Assembly (NCBI RefSeq): GCF_964204645.1
Contig: NC_134031.1
Location: 7,254,001-7,318,000, forward strand
Direction of reading: 5' to 3'
From: Tubulanus polymorphus
Lineage: Eukaryota; Animalia; Nemertea
DNA: 64,000 nt
Of the stretch, positions 10,201 through 23,110 are shown in pieces; position 1 is the first letter of the stretch; each line of letters begins with the position of its first letter. Both the position numbers and the translations under genes were made by a program. The notes beneath the pieces are model-generated. The model saw nothing but the letters and a program-made list of their open reading frames with translations, did no database searches and had not been told where the DNA came from.

Positions 10201-13200
10201 TATCAAAGCGCATTACGAGGCGATTTTGCGCAAAATGAGACAGGTACGTTAACCGAGGCAATCCGTCAGTTTCCAAATTCTGAATTCGGTGGGAACGGTT
10301 AAGAAAAAAATGAAGAAAATAATGATGAAATATACATGAGAGGAATCAATAGAAAGTCCAACCCTTAGAATGAAAAATTGAGCACAAAATGTTTCCTTGA
10401 GCTACAGACCTTTTCAACTCAATATCCAAATTACAAATAGCTCAAGGAAACATGTTGGACTTATTTTTCAAGTGCGGTATTTGTATTATGTATCGTCACA
10501 ACTGAAGTGTTTCATCAGTAGTTACCAAAAAATCTTATGTATGTGTCCGAGGGCGGTGATCAAAATTCTTTCTAGATTAATATATATCTATATAATCGAT
10601 TATACTCGACTTTTTGTGCGGTAGGACATACATGTATATCATCACTAGAAGAAGATCCTAATTTTGATATTTGTTAAACGGGTCGCAAAATCCTGTTCAT
10701 AATTTATTGTTTAATCTACGCTTTCCTGCATGTACAGGAAAGCATGTCGTTCCCTGCTAAATTAGAGGCAACCGAAGGCGCTCTACGCGATCAAATCCAG
10801 GAATTGAAAGAACTACGAGTAATGGCAGCTGAAGCCAAAGAAGCGCGGGATAAAACCAAGGTATAGTCGCGTAAGAGAGGTTGTAAAGAGTCTTAATGAA
10901 ATGAAATGTCTCATTTTACGATATAGTTTGTTGGCTCTTTACGTGATTCCGTTATTGAATTTCCAAAAGCAATTTATTTCGTATTCAAAAAACTACGTAT
11001 ATGTAAATCGATTGGAACAGTGAAATGAAAATACAGTCAAAGTCCGTTATATCACCCGATGTCACTTCGTTTCATAGCCAAAAAACTTCCTTTAACAAAC
11101 CGGCTATATCTAAATGAAATCATCTCAGATCGTTATAATGCCATCCGTTCTCCACCAGCCACGATATATCTAGTAATCGTACTAATATGTATTACGGAAT
11201 CCGTTATACCGCAATCGATTATAATTGTAATCATTAAGTCCCCGTAAGCTACACTAATTAGCCTACATATAGGTTCATACATATAGATTCAACGAAATCA
11301 ACTTTCATTTCATTTATTTCATACAATTAAGTAGTTTTATTACATCTAAGACGTGCTTGATTCGTTTGTTCTTCCTTTTCGGATACGAATTTAGGCCTAC
11401 AACGACACATATCCCGTTATGATGCCCAGCTCGTCATAATGCCCAAATCACGTCGGCCCCGATGGCTTTCAACGCCATCTACACTACCGAAACGAAACAG
11501 ATACGTATTCTAAAAATGAAATGTGCTTTATCCTAAAATCGACGAAAACCTTTCGTAGGCTATGCTGACGACGACTGAACAGACTGTTTACGAATCCAGG
11601 AAGAAAAGAGATCAGAATTTGAATCGTACGCGGAAAGAAGTGGAACATCGAAAGGAAGAAGCTGAAAGAATACAAAAACAGGTATGTACTGTATACATTA
11701 ATATAACTGGACTGATAAATTGGAGTCTATACGTCTTTTGTAAAATCATCGAACAAAATTACGATTTGAATATCCCGCTGCGTGACAGGTTTCGAATAGC
11801 TTTATAACGAGAGAATACCATAATGTGCCTAACGCAGCACCGCTGGTGTAGTGGTATCATGTAAGATTCCCATTCTTACGACCCGGGTTCGATTCCCGGG
11901 CGGTGCACGCTTTTTTCCCGACAGGAAGCGTTATTCATTTTCGGTGTAATTTCTTTTTATAGGCCCAAAGAGCTACTTTAAATTTTGCCGACCCACTACA
12001 TGGTAAGCGGTACAGTCAAATGCTTCAGAACCCTTCAAACCCTTGTCCTTCAATCTAATGTAGATTTCGCGCGGAATTGTACAATTTAAATTTTTTTAAG
12101 AACAAAGATTGGCGCATGAAGCTCAACAAACATTTGATCGCCAGAGACGCATCTTAACCAAAGAACAAGCCATTGAAAGAATTAAAGAAGCGACCGGACT
12201 CAGTGATCCGCAAGTCAGTCAAAGGACCCTAAGGCCACACCAAAAGAAAACCCTGTTTCTCGGGCCCGACCGACCCGATATTTCGTCGTTTCAAATAATC
12301 ATTTTCAGAATTAAATATAATTGCCTACCGACCCTTTTTCAAAATTGTGGGTGAAAAAACTTTTTTCAAAAATATTTATATGGCCGACCGACTACCAAAC
12401 TCTATACTTTCTCTTTTTGGTAAATATTTTTTTCTTTTTAATCAAATTGTGATGTCGGCTCCGAGATCAACATCATAAAAACACTTTATTACATCGGATT
12501 TAACAATTTGATTCTGGAAATGGTGCAACCATGCTCAGACAACTTTCCTAATCGGACATTGATGGCGACCTTGGATTGTAAAATTCCAGGAATTCCGTGA
12601 AATATGTTCAAAATATAGTTTTTTATAGGTAATTCTACAAAGACCTGAATTTCCTTTTATTATTATGGTCTACTAGCTGTTAATCATATTCCTGACTAAA
12701 GATTTGGTCCAGTAAAAATTATTTACGGCGACCTACCCACTGTTAGAAGAATAACCGAAATTTATTTTTCCATAAAAAGAACAAAATATTCCCTACCTAC
12801 CTACCTACCTACCTACCTACCTACCTACCTACCTACCTACCTACCTACCTACCTACCTACCTACCTACCTACCCATTTTGGCGATTGCCCCACCCGAGAA
12901 ACAGGATTTTTATTTGTGTGGCCTAAGTTTTTTTAAATGTCATACAAGTTTTGCATTTCCTCAAGACCAAATTCAGTGTGATAAGAAATCAAAATACCGT
13001 GTAGAAAATATCCTATTGATTTTTATGAAATCATTAATATTCTATTGAGTTTTAGAAATTTGTACGAGTAGATATGTATACATAACTTAAATTTATAATC
13101 AAGTCATTTTTCCACGACTTTTTTCCGAACAAAAAATAATTACAGGATTTCGTGAGTCGTTTCGAGGGACAGGATTCGACACGGGAACACCTGACAAAAC

Positions 13201-16200
13201 AACAAAACGAATCGGAAATATTGAGAAATCGCCTACGAGAAACTAAACTGAGTCTGTTGGAAGAGTTTAATGAACTGAGATATTCAGGAGAAAAACGAGG
13301 AAGCAAGTAAGTTTTCAAAGCGCATTACACTGGATATGCATACAGCTGCCACGGGTAGATCCAAGGGGCCTAATATATTTTCGCCAGGATAACATTTTTT
13401 CACAACCTGGCTTAAGAAATTTGCACGTCGAGTGGCATGATATTGCCGGTCATTTGGGACCTAGTTACCTAGCGAACTTCACGAGACCTGGTAATGTTCG
13501 AACCGATAGTTCGTATCCAGTACGGAATAAATCAAATTATCTAACTTCGGAAAAAAAATTCTGTATCTGTTATCCGATTAATCGTAATATCCAAGTTCGT
13601 TGTAACGAGATTCCACTGTAGAATGCTCAGATAATGATCCAGATTTTCTTGGGGCTCCCAATATACCCTCTCAAGGACTTAGCGTCTATTCGGCGTTCGC
13701 GTACATAACAAGTACGTGTACAGGCATCGGCTTCCCCCGGCCCCTATTTAGAATTCCTGGATCCACCCATGGTTGCAGCTGTAAGGCATGGATCGTTGCA
13801 TCAACGCGCATTCCCGATCGTGCGGAAACTTAAACCGCACACGAGATCTAGAAACTCTGTATTCGCTTTTTTCCGATTTCAAAATCAAAACGTATTGTTC
13901 CGTTCCCGGTTAGTGTGGTGGGTGAGGGACACACCAATTCATTAAGATAAATCCAATGAAATCAGTCAAATAAATTAAAGGGAGAACCATCCCTAAAAGT
14001 ATTTCACGATATAAAAGCAGAGGCGGATCTATCCGATCACTGTTTGAGGGTAATGCGGCATAATCCTCGCTTGGGAAAATTTTGAAAATTAACTGCTTTT
14101 TGGTACAATTTCCAAGCAATAAATGAAGTCAAGATTCCAAGTGCTTTCTAGAAATTTACTGAGTTGAAATTTAGTTTCCTGGCGATAAAGATGAAATCCC
14201 AAGAATGGAGTGCGCCGTTTGTTGAAAATAATCTTCCTCGTACTGTAAAGATGTGCTTTTTTTACTCTTGGATCGATAGGGACGACTATAAGTGCTTACT
14301 TTGGGGATCGAAGAAAATGAAAAAAGGGCAAGAAATTTTCGCGACGGTAGAACGTGCCTACGGGTGCCGTCTGAATCCGCACCTGAAAAGAAATATATAC
14401 ATTTCGAAAACCTTCAATTTCCCTGTTATAAAATGCCACCTTTCCCTAAAAGTGATCGATCCCAATATACTGAAGTTCCCCACTTGGAAGTCGGTGCTGG
14501 TTTATTTTTTTCAATACAAATTGTCGTTCGTACGTTCTCTTCGCGTAGAACACGTCAGATGATCGAGGAAGCGACTACAAAGATGGAAGAACTCGAGATG
14601 AAATCAAACGAATGTTCCCAACAAGTCAGACAATCGGGCGAGTTACTGGTAGATGTGAAATCTGGTGTCGGGACATTGATGGACATGGTAAAACATGTTA
14701 GACTCCCACCGGTAAGTGACTGTCCTTTCACGTACGGCAGCAGTACTAAACATTAAGTCCAAGCTCAACCCTGCGAGTAAAAGTTTTTATTTCAATGGGT
14801 AACAAGTACGTAGTTTTGCAGACGTGGACAAAATCAAGCGATAAGAAACTCGTTATAAAAAAAACTATTTATCGCATACACTACAAATTTGAAATTTCAA
14901 CTCGTACGAGAGAAATGCCATAGCAATTAGAAAGATGTACAGAAAGATTCTCGACATATTTAAATTACAACGAACTTGATAAGAATCGAGCATTTTGTCG
15001 AATCCAGCATTTATGAAAGTGTAGACTACAATAATTCACCCAAAGATGTAGAATTATGGAGTAAAAGTTTTATATATTTGAGCAACATGTCGGCTATAGA
15101 CAATAGCCATCATTTTGCGTATTGAAACACATCATTGGCTATTAGTTTTAGCCGAAACGTTGCCCAAATACTATGAACCTTTTACTCGAGAATTCTGCAT
15201 CTTTGGTTGAATTATTGTAGCCATGACTTTCATCACACCTTGGAGTAATCAGACTGATAACACATACGAGATGTAGCGAACTGTTTATCCATGCCACTAC
15301 TCACAACGCCAACATTTTTTTTTAGAACAAATTTGCTCAATCCAACTCAAATTCAAAGAAAATATCATTTATCATAACACTACCAAATTCGTTTCAACGC
15401 CATGTTTTTCATTGGTCCAAACAGTGGTATTATAAAGGACTAACCGTATTCCATAACCGCCAAACCCAGATATCAGTCTCAAGTCGTACGAATTTCTAGC
15501 TTAAAATTCATTGCCGTTTGGAAAATCCGCCGCTTAAAAGTCTATACCTACTAAACATCATATCAACAAATATCGATGGAATCGAAAAAATGTCAACGAA
15601 ATATTTTTTATGTTTGATAAATGAGCAGCCCTCGATGAGTAAACCAAGCGGAGATATTCTAGAAGATCTCGGTTTAATGACGAAGAAACTGGAAACATTG
15701 AAGGCTAAAGCTCTGACTCCGAGTAAAGAAAACTTGAAACGTAGTTTATCAACGCAAGAGGTGAGAAAATTGATTACAATTATTACAGTTGGCTTAGCTT
15801 CGTCTATTATTAACATCATTGTGTCGATGCAGGGCGGATTTGGAGTAATCTAGGAGGTCCCGACCCCGGCCTTTCCCTTTTCGTCAAGACAGAGATCTTA
15901 AACCTGTAAATTTGACACTCATCCTCTCGCACATTGCAACCTTTTGAATGTATCTCTTCAAAATAGCTAAAACCGAGGATGAAACCACGCGTAGCCCCGA
16001 TAGAGGCTTTTGACTTTTCTTTTCTACCGGGCCCGGCCTTCCAATTTTGCGAGTGCCACCCCTGTGATGACTTATTTAAACAAACCAGGATTTATCCATC
16101 GTTTTTGCAGTTTTATGATTTCTTGGAGATGAATTTACCGGCTGATAATATTCGAATAAAAATATCAGACAGCACATCATCCATAGGTAAGTAGTTCGCC

Positions 16201-17014
16201 CTACCCAGAGCGTACTATAGCGCAGGAAAAATAGCAGTTGGCCCCAGCGGAAAAAGTTATCTGGGAGTTATCTGATGATATCTAGTGTAAGAGTTCGAAA
16301 CGTTGTGGCTTTTGATTTTAATTTTTGATGAATAAAACTCGCTTTTAGTCTTTTAAACAATGAACACAGTTGGTTACTTATCATCTATTCAACTATTACC
16401 TGGTGTTTGAATGGATTAGTTTAAACTTTAGAATATTTGAAATTTCTCAAGCTTAGACTTTATTGCAGACCACATTATAGGCAAATTTTATCGATCAAAC
16501 ATTTTGATCAAACTCTTTTTCATTCTAATAGTGGTGTGGAATTTTATACTATCTTAAACAACAGACTATTTCCAGTCTCGATGAAGAAACCCTCAATATC
16601 AATCTAAAAAAATGTTTCGGGCATATTTCCACCAATTTTCAGAATTCATTTCATAATATCAATTCAAACAACTGTGAAAACGGGTGGAAGGATTCTGGCT
16701 GAAAAGTAAGAAAAAAAAGCAGTAACAGTTGCTTGAACTGATATTGTGGGTTTCTTAATGACATGGACTATAATGCTTCATCTAAAGTTATTTTCTATAG
16801 ACCAGTTATAAATGAAACTCCTCACTGCTTTAACCCATCGGAATATTTGCGCATTCATATACTCTCTACATATCATTATTACTTTGCAGAATCATTTGAT
16901 TTCGAAGGGCAAGATGACGAAAACGTTTTCTCAAGAGACGACATCAAAAAACAAGGTCAACAACTTCTCGACTTCAAACTGAAACCCAAAAAACGTCGTC
17001 CGAAGAAAAAATAA
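7240..17014 (+). CDS. CCDC183: CCDC183-like / CCDC151 (ODAD3)-family coiled-coil protein, 13 exons
   Basis: GT-AG exons 7240-7303, 8707-8828, 8910-8987, 9968-10243, 10738-10860, 11559-11681, 11963-12002, 12101-12213, 13146-13306, 14549-14711, 15629-15760, 16111-16186, 16890-17014 join in phase. Motifs DRRAYYE..IRQN, GDAKVI, IRQLENSLDKATMK and C-terminal FSRDDIKKQGQQLLDFKLKPKK fit the family. CCDC183 vs CCDC151 orthology is not certain. Confidence 0.8.
11837..11907 (+). tRNA. tRNA-Gly: tRNA-Gly (CCC), intronic, same strand as host gene
   Basis: GCACCGCTGGTGTAGTGGTATCATGTAAGATTCCCATTCTTACGACCCGGGTTCGATTCCCGGGCGGTGCA; stems pair, A and B boxes intact, TTTTTT terminator at 11911-11916. Confidence 0.95.
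12233..12923. mobile_element. PIF/Harbinger-type MITE with internal (CCTA)n
   Basis: TIRs GGCCACACCAAAAGAAAACCCTGTTTCTCGGG / CCCGAGAAACAGGATTTTTATTTGTGTGGCC, TAA on both sides (TWA-type TSD), (CCTA)n at ~12792-12873. Confidence 0.8.
13349..13771. mobile_element. Degenerate MITE (CA.GGG..GGATCC-type termini)
   Basis: CACGGGTAGATCCA ... TGGATCCACCCATG imperfect TIRs; related termini at ~9475, ~14018, 15830-16064 and 63034-63275. No clean TSD. Confidence 0.45.
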
Positions 17015-17635
17015 ATAGATATCTATTAGCAATTACGTAATAACCACATTTCCATATTCCCAACTTATACACATAATCTATACTTTTTTATACACATAAA
17101 TTGCATTTAATCATAATATCAAATTGTACGATTCACATACATTGCATTTTAACATTAAGTTTTGAATATTTTTCTCATGTGCTTAAAATCTTATTTACAT
17201 CGTGGTGTATAATATCACTAACATGTAATATAGGAAGTGTCATAAAAAAATGTCTTTGACTAGATTTTACTGTGCATATAGTAAACCGTATTCATTTTCA
17301 AGTGCGCCTGTATTACATAACCTCTCGCCCGGTATACATGCATGAAATGAAATAAAATATTTACACCTGTAAAAGGTTTGGTACAGTTTACGTTTTTCTC
17401 TAGTATAGTGTATTATTGAATTTTTCCTATCGTTAAAAACTCTCTAGTTTCGGAAATTTGCCATCTTTAACCATTGAAGAAATTTGACCGATCAATAATA
17501 ATGAATACTACAGTATTTTGATCCGGCTCCAACTAGCCTAGCGGTTTCAAGGTTTCATTTTTTTCCTATTAATAGGAGAGGCCAGCATACCACCCACCGG
17601 GGGAACATCTGTATTTCATCTTTCAACTATACTAG

Positions 17636-18283
17636 GGGAGCATTCAAAAGTACTTACCTCAAAATCTCTTGATTTCTGACCACCTCCACCATGTACCCCC
17701 TTTGTACCAAATTGCCTGACCCATCTTAGGCAGTGGCATTGAAAGTGCAGTGGCTGCAGCAGCAAAAATTTACTGAATGTCGTTTTTTTTCTTTGAATAT
17801 TACGTTTTTGACGAAATTGAAGTAAATTTGCTGCGGCAACATAATGAGAACCAGTCAATAATTGGCTGTGGCAATAAAAAACTGCTTCCAATGCCCCTAT
17901 TAGGTACATATGATGCGCATACCCCACACCTCCACCCAGCAAATGATGAATTCCTGGTACCACAAACGAATATATGTACCGAATAGCTATCATACCAATA
18001 AATACAAGGATTTGTAGGAGCTAACATATTGGTATAAACATATTATGTGGTATAAAGCAATGATCCAAAAATATTTTTGTTGTTAATTATCAATTTTCCA
18101 TTAATAGAATAACTAAAATAGGCTATTTCTATTGATTTGATTTGGTTCATTAAGTACATAAAGATTGATCAATACTATGTGGAGGTACATAACTGTTTTC
18201 TGCTACCCCTCCCCTTGTGCCATGTTCGTACTAAAATTCAACCCCCTTTCCCTAACCGAGATACGTACTTTTTGAATGCTCCC
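17636..18283. mobile_element. PIF/Harbinger-type MITE
   Basis: TIRs GGGAGCATTCAAAAGTAC / GTACTTTTTGAATGCTCCC flanked by a TAG direct repeat (17633-17635, 18284-18286). Confidence 0.8.
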
Positions 18284-18377
18284 TAGTCAAAATTAACCCC
18301 TGAAATACCTCCATATTCTTCGCCAAAATCCTAAATCCCTATGTGGTCGGTAAACCAGGGATCAATTTTGTGTTTGT

Positions 18378-21300
18378 TCATTTTATTCTTGAAAATGTCA
18401 GTATTTCATCAATCGCAACGCGGTATCTATACATGTACGTTTTAGGACCCCTGTATTTTCGGCCGTTGATATCGTGTTTCCACAGTCCATCCGGTATATA
18501 GAGATATCGCACGGTCGACTGCTCGTCTAAAACGGGAACCACCAGCAGGTCATTGCCGACGAGGTATTCGTGTTTAATATGATACGGAATGATGGTCGAT
18601 TTGCTGTTCCACCATACAGGACGTACCAGCGGTGATCCTACAATTACAACAAATCCATAAAACATCATTTTTTTTTGCGATTATTGGATCCAGAGAACCA
18701 CGCTCACAAGGTGGCCACTTCTATTTGACTAACAATCCAATCAATTAACACAGTCAAATATGTAAGACATAGATGGAAACTGTTTGATTTTATGTGCGAT
18801 CAACATCTCAACAAATTTCCCTGACTTTTCTCTGATTTTTAGCTTTTTTTGCAAACTTCCCTGACTTTTTAAAGAAAATAAAATTCTGACTTTTCCCCGA
18901 TTTCCAGGTAAGTGGCCACTTTGGCTCACCATTCATGTGGTAATCGAGAGGCTCAAATGTATTTACATGTACTTCTATCATATCTACATAATTTTTTCCA
19001 GCATGCTTAGTTTTACTTAGTTAGGCACGCCAAAGCAGAACAAATTCAAGACAAATCTAGATCTTGGAATGAAATATTCTATCACAGAATTATCAATTTA
19101 CATCTAGAACTAAAAATTTGCTTGTCATAAATTGTTTCCATTTTGGGTGTCATGCAGCTAGGTCATGAACACTCTCAAGTTGAGGATAGTGCAATTGATA
19201 GTCATTTAGCCATCAAATTTTACGCAATTTGAAAAAAAGTTTTCTGGGAAGGGCCCCTGGACCCCTTAAATCACTCATGGAGGTATCTGATTTCTAAAAA
19301 AATCGGGCCGGTTGCTCAAAAGTTGGTTGAGCAACTTTTGAGCAACTGGCCCCCAGATCTACCGGTAATAAAACTACAGGAACCGTATCCATAGTTAAGG
19401 TTGACCTCGAGCGAAATTTTAACCGACAATTATAAAACTTGGTTCAAACCTAATGAGTAGGAATATCTGAGATCTGGGCCCAGTTTCGCGAAAAAGTTTA
19501 AGCCTAAAAAGATTAAGTTTGAATTGTTGTCCTCATTGAAAACATGAGGTAAATTTGAGTTAACTTATTTTGTGAAACTGAGCCCAGAGGTGCATTTTCT
19601 TTATTCCAAATTGAGATTAACACATTTCGGCCTTAGGCTAAAGCTTTTATCAATTGAATGATTTTTGAAAAACAACTCGATCAACTTTTTCAAAAATCAA
19701 TGATCAGTTTTAGAAGATCTAAATACTCACCATCAATCACAGACTGCCGAGCGGCTTTCACTAACTCGGGATAAACTCTTTTCTCGTGAAGTTTTATATA
19801 TTTTCTAGCGAGTTCGACGACTTTATCGTCGTATTTCCACGGCGGTACCGAAAACTGCATTACGGGTAAATACGCCGATAGCTGCATCCATCTTATGTAC
19901 AGATCGCGTCTGGGTAACTGTTCCGATCGTCTCGTTCCGCCGATCGGACCAGAGATTATGAACGCGTATCCGAGCAATCCGTGCTTCAAAACCGACGCGG
20001 TTACGGACTTGATACCAGAATAATCCCAGTTCGACGACGGCTCGGGCGCGTGTACGTAAATCGGCTGCTTTTGATTTCGATAAACGACATCGGTAGAAGT
20101 AACCGACGACGCGTCAACGTCGGACACCGTCTCGACGAATTTCGTCCAATATAATCGATGATTTGATAGACGCTCGTGCATGCGGGAGTTCGGCGGCGGG
20201 TTCGCCTCGCCGACGCCGTGCGTAGCGGTCGCTTTAAAACCTTTTATTCCATATTTACGGGTCATCTCGATCAACGAACGACGGAACCATCGTCGAGCGC
20301 TGGGATTCGTGAAGTCCACGACGGCTAACCATTTATCATCTCTTCGAATCAATACGGGATCATCCGAAACGGTGGATCTAATAAGAAATCCGCCGGATTT
20401 TGCGATTTTATAAGACGCCGATTCGGTACTTACGAACGGCGATATCGCTACGGACACCGAACAAGTCTTGAATAACTCGCGACCGCCATCTTTCGGCGGA
20501 TATTTCACGGGATCGAATTCGAAATCTCCGATATTGCGAGCGTAGTCGATTTGGTCGACGATCAACTGACATTTCGCCCCTGCTAAATCGTGATCATTTA
20601 ACGATTTCAAAAACGCTTTCAGATTTCGTCCTCTGAATCCTTGAACGAGTTGAGACCCGGTTGTCCAAACCGGTGCCGACATCAGATCCAGCGACGGTAA
20701 TCGATCGGCTTTCATACGATATCTACTCAACATATACCGTTGAATATGATCGATATTCCGATTGCTATGACAAACGGTCAGATTCAAATGAATCGCCTCG
20801 CGAGCCGGCTTCGTATCGGTGCGAGACGAATCGATGAGATCGATTCTTTTTCGATTGTCGATTCGCGGCTTGAAACAGATTTTCTGACGAAACGAATCGA
20901 CGTCGACGAGCACGGACGCTTCCGCCGGTAGAAATATCGCCGAATTCGATGTTAACAAATAGTAATTTTCTTCGCGTATTTTCTCAGTGTCTCGATCGTC
21001 GCCCGGCGACATGAAAAGATCGTAATTCACCGGGAAACTACTGATGCCGTTGCCACGGTATCCAACTTTATTCATCGTGAAACAACTGATCGGCAATAAA
21101 TGTTCGAAAACCGGTTGATTTTTCACGGCGTCGAACTTCTGTTCGAAATCGTAGCAGATAACGTCGCGATCTTTCTGTTGGTCGTGGCGTTTCGTTATAA
21201 ACAAACGATAGAAACGGCTCCAATTCAGACACGTTCGTCCGAATCGATCGGTTTGCCGTTGACGACACGAGCGGATGAGCGGTAAATTTCCGCCGAGTCG

Positions 21301-21534
21301 CACGTCAGCGAATTCTCCCTCCAACACGACGCGATGGTCGTGTTTTTTGACGACGAATTTCAGCGAGCGTTTATCGACGAACAGGTCGACGTATTCCGAG
21401 CGTAACGTTACGAAATTGTTGGCAGCGCGTAGCTCCATCGTCAGTTGTTGCCGGTACAATATCCACATGAATATCCAGATACCGATCGCTACAAAGCCGT
21501 AAGCCCTCATCGTTTGTATTTGTGACATCGACAT
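18378..21534 (-). CDS. MYORG: Myogenesis-regulating glycosidase (MYORG)-like GH31 type II membrane protein, 2 coding exons
   Basis: Exons 19731-21534 and 18378-18637 (GT-AG, phase 1). N-terminal TM helix; PVWTT, GDFEFDPVKYP, VDFTNPSARRWF, LYIRWMQLSAYLPVMQFSVPPW, GSPLVRPVWW, EYLVGNDLLVVPVL and RYLYIPDGLW are GH31/MYORG signatures. Confidence 0.88.
18707..18923. mobile_element. Small TIR element in the MYORG intron
   Basis: CAAGGTGGCCACTT ... AAGTGGCCACTTTG inverted termini, internal TTTCCCTGACTTTT repeats, GCTCA on both flanks. Confidence 0.55.
19305..19585. repeat. Short palindromic MITE remnants (GGGCCxGTTGCTCAAAAG family and relatives)
   Basis: GGGCCGGTTGCTCAAAAGTT..AACTTTTGAGCAACTGGCCC at 19305-19353; related elements at 19477-19585, 45725-45813 and 60550-60676. 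Confidence 0.65.
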
Positions 21535-22456
21535 GGCCGCAGGGAGGGAATAGGCCTACCACCAGATGATTTGAACGGTGTAGCGGTAAAAATAAAAGAC
21601 CACACTAGTTTCTAGTTAGATTTAAGTCGAACACGTCGTCATCATAGCAGCAGTATCCATGACTCGCCAAGCTCAGGAGAGCGAACTGAATTCATCAAAA
21701 GTGAAAAATTTGTGTTCTGCTTTTTACTTTTAGTGAACTGACAGAAGGAAGGGGCTCAAGGTGTGGGTTGGCCTCTAGAGAAGATTAAATTTATGCTGCT
21801 TTAAATGCAAAAATGAAATTCATCTCACCATTAGAAAACGCACATTTTGAACATAATTTGTGGAAAAAATGCAGCGGAAAAAATACGACATCGAACTGGC
21901 ATCGAACTGTCAAAATTTTTACTCCACCGTCCTTCAACTTTCGCACAATTCAAATAAAACTCAATATAGTTTTTTATACAAATATCATTGCATTCATCTG
22001 AAACGAAGTTTTTCAATTAAATTTGCCTTGCATTCTTTCAAGTGATTCTCCTCATTCTTATTGCTCTGCCGTTATATGAATTCACTTGATTGTTTGTTTT
22101 TCAACTTTCTGTCAATATAATGTAAATTGAATTGCATCATCATTCCTTTCGTCGGTTCGTACTCTCGAGTTTGGGAATTATCAGGACCCCGAATTGTCAA
22201 AATCCAGGTTCGACACCAAGAAATAGTTTCAGAATCAAAATATTATGGTATTTAACGTTATTTGATGATGAGTTTTTGATTTTCATGTTATTAGTTTGGA
22301 GGTCTTCGTGGATTTTAAGCAAACGTTTGTCATATGGTAGGGACAGGTAAAATATCGAGAATAATTCCAATCCAATTTCAATTCAATCAAACTTTCATGC
22401 GTCAGTAAATAAGCCTCTGCTATGATGAAGTTATAGTCTGTAGAATTATTTTATAC

Positions 22457-22732
22457 GCCGTGACTTGGTAACGGGAGTCAGTTAGTGCATGCGCGATACA
22501 CTAGAATTCTGACTTGCAATATTGGGATTTGAAACCAAAGCAAAAATGTCTATCAATAAATAATCCAGTCAGTGACAGTGCTTTACCCACTCAGCCACAC
22601 ACACAGCACATGACTGGAAGCCATGACGAAATTTAATCTATATAAAACCTCACCTTACCCAAACCCTTATCCTTCATGCATGCGCGTACGCAGATGTAGT
22701 ACTGTCGGTACAGACTCCCGTAACTAGACGGT
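22457..22732 (-). mobile_element. Non-autonomous TIR element with telomere-like motif and tRNA-like A/B-box cassette (copy 1)
   Basis: Termini ..GGTAACGGGAGTC / GACTCCCGTAACT..; the reverse complement aligns with 30364-30602. Confidence 0.7.
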
Positions 22733-22749
22733 TTATATTTTATAAGTAG

Positions 22750-23110
22750 TACATATTTAGATTGGCCAACAAAATCTCTACACATTTAAAAGGACTATGA
22801 AATTTCAGGAAAAAAGGCAATGGCCTTTCATGAACCTCATAGATTATTATCCCTAGAACAACACGTGACTGCAACTGCTATCAACTATTGATAGCTACTG
22901 CGAACGTCAACAAGCACAAAACGCCATTAGACTTTCACCATTAAAGTGGTCAATGGCATGATTGCTATGGATCTCCAAGGAGGACTCTCTCCTAGATCAT
23001 CGCACACAAGAAGCACAAATGCCAACCAGCTGTCAGTGTATCGCACATATACGGAGCCATTTCGTGATTCCTTCTTCCCAAGCATAGTAGTGGACTATAA
23101 CGCCTGTGGT
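22750..23110 (+). mobile_element. LINE (CR1/L2-group) ORF2 3' remnant
   Basis: Ends ...HTRSTNANQL..YRTYTEPFRDSFFPSIVVDYNA, resembling the conserved SFFPRTIRDWN terminus of these LINEs; disrupted. Confidence 0.45.
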
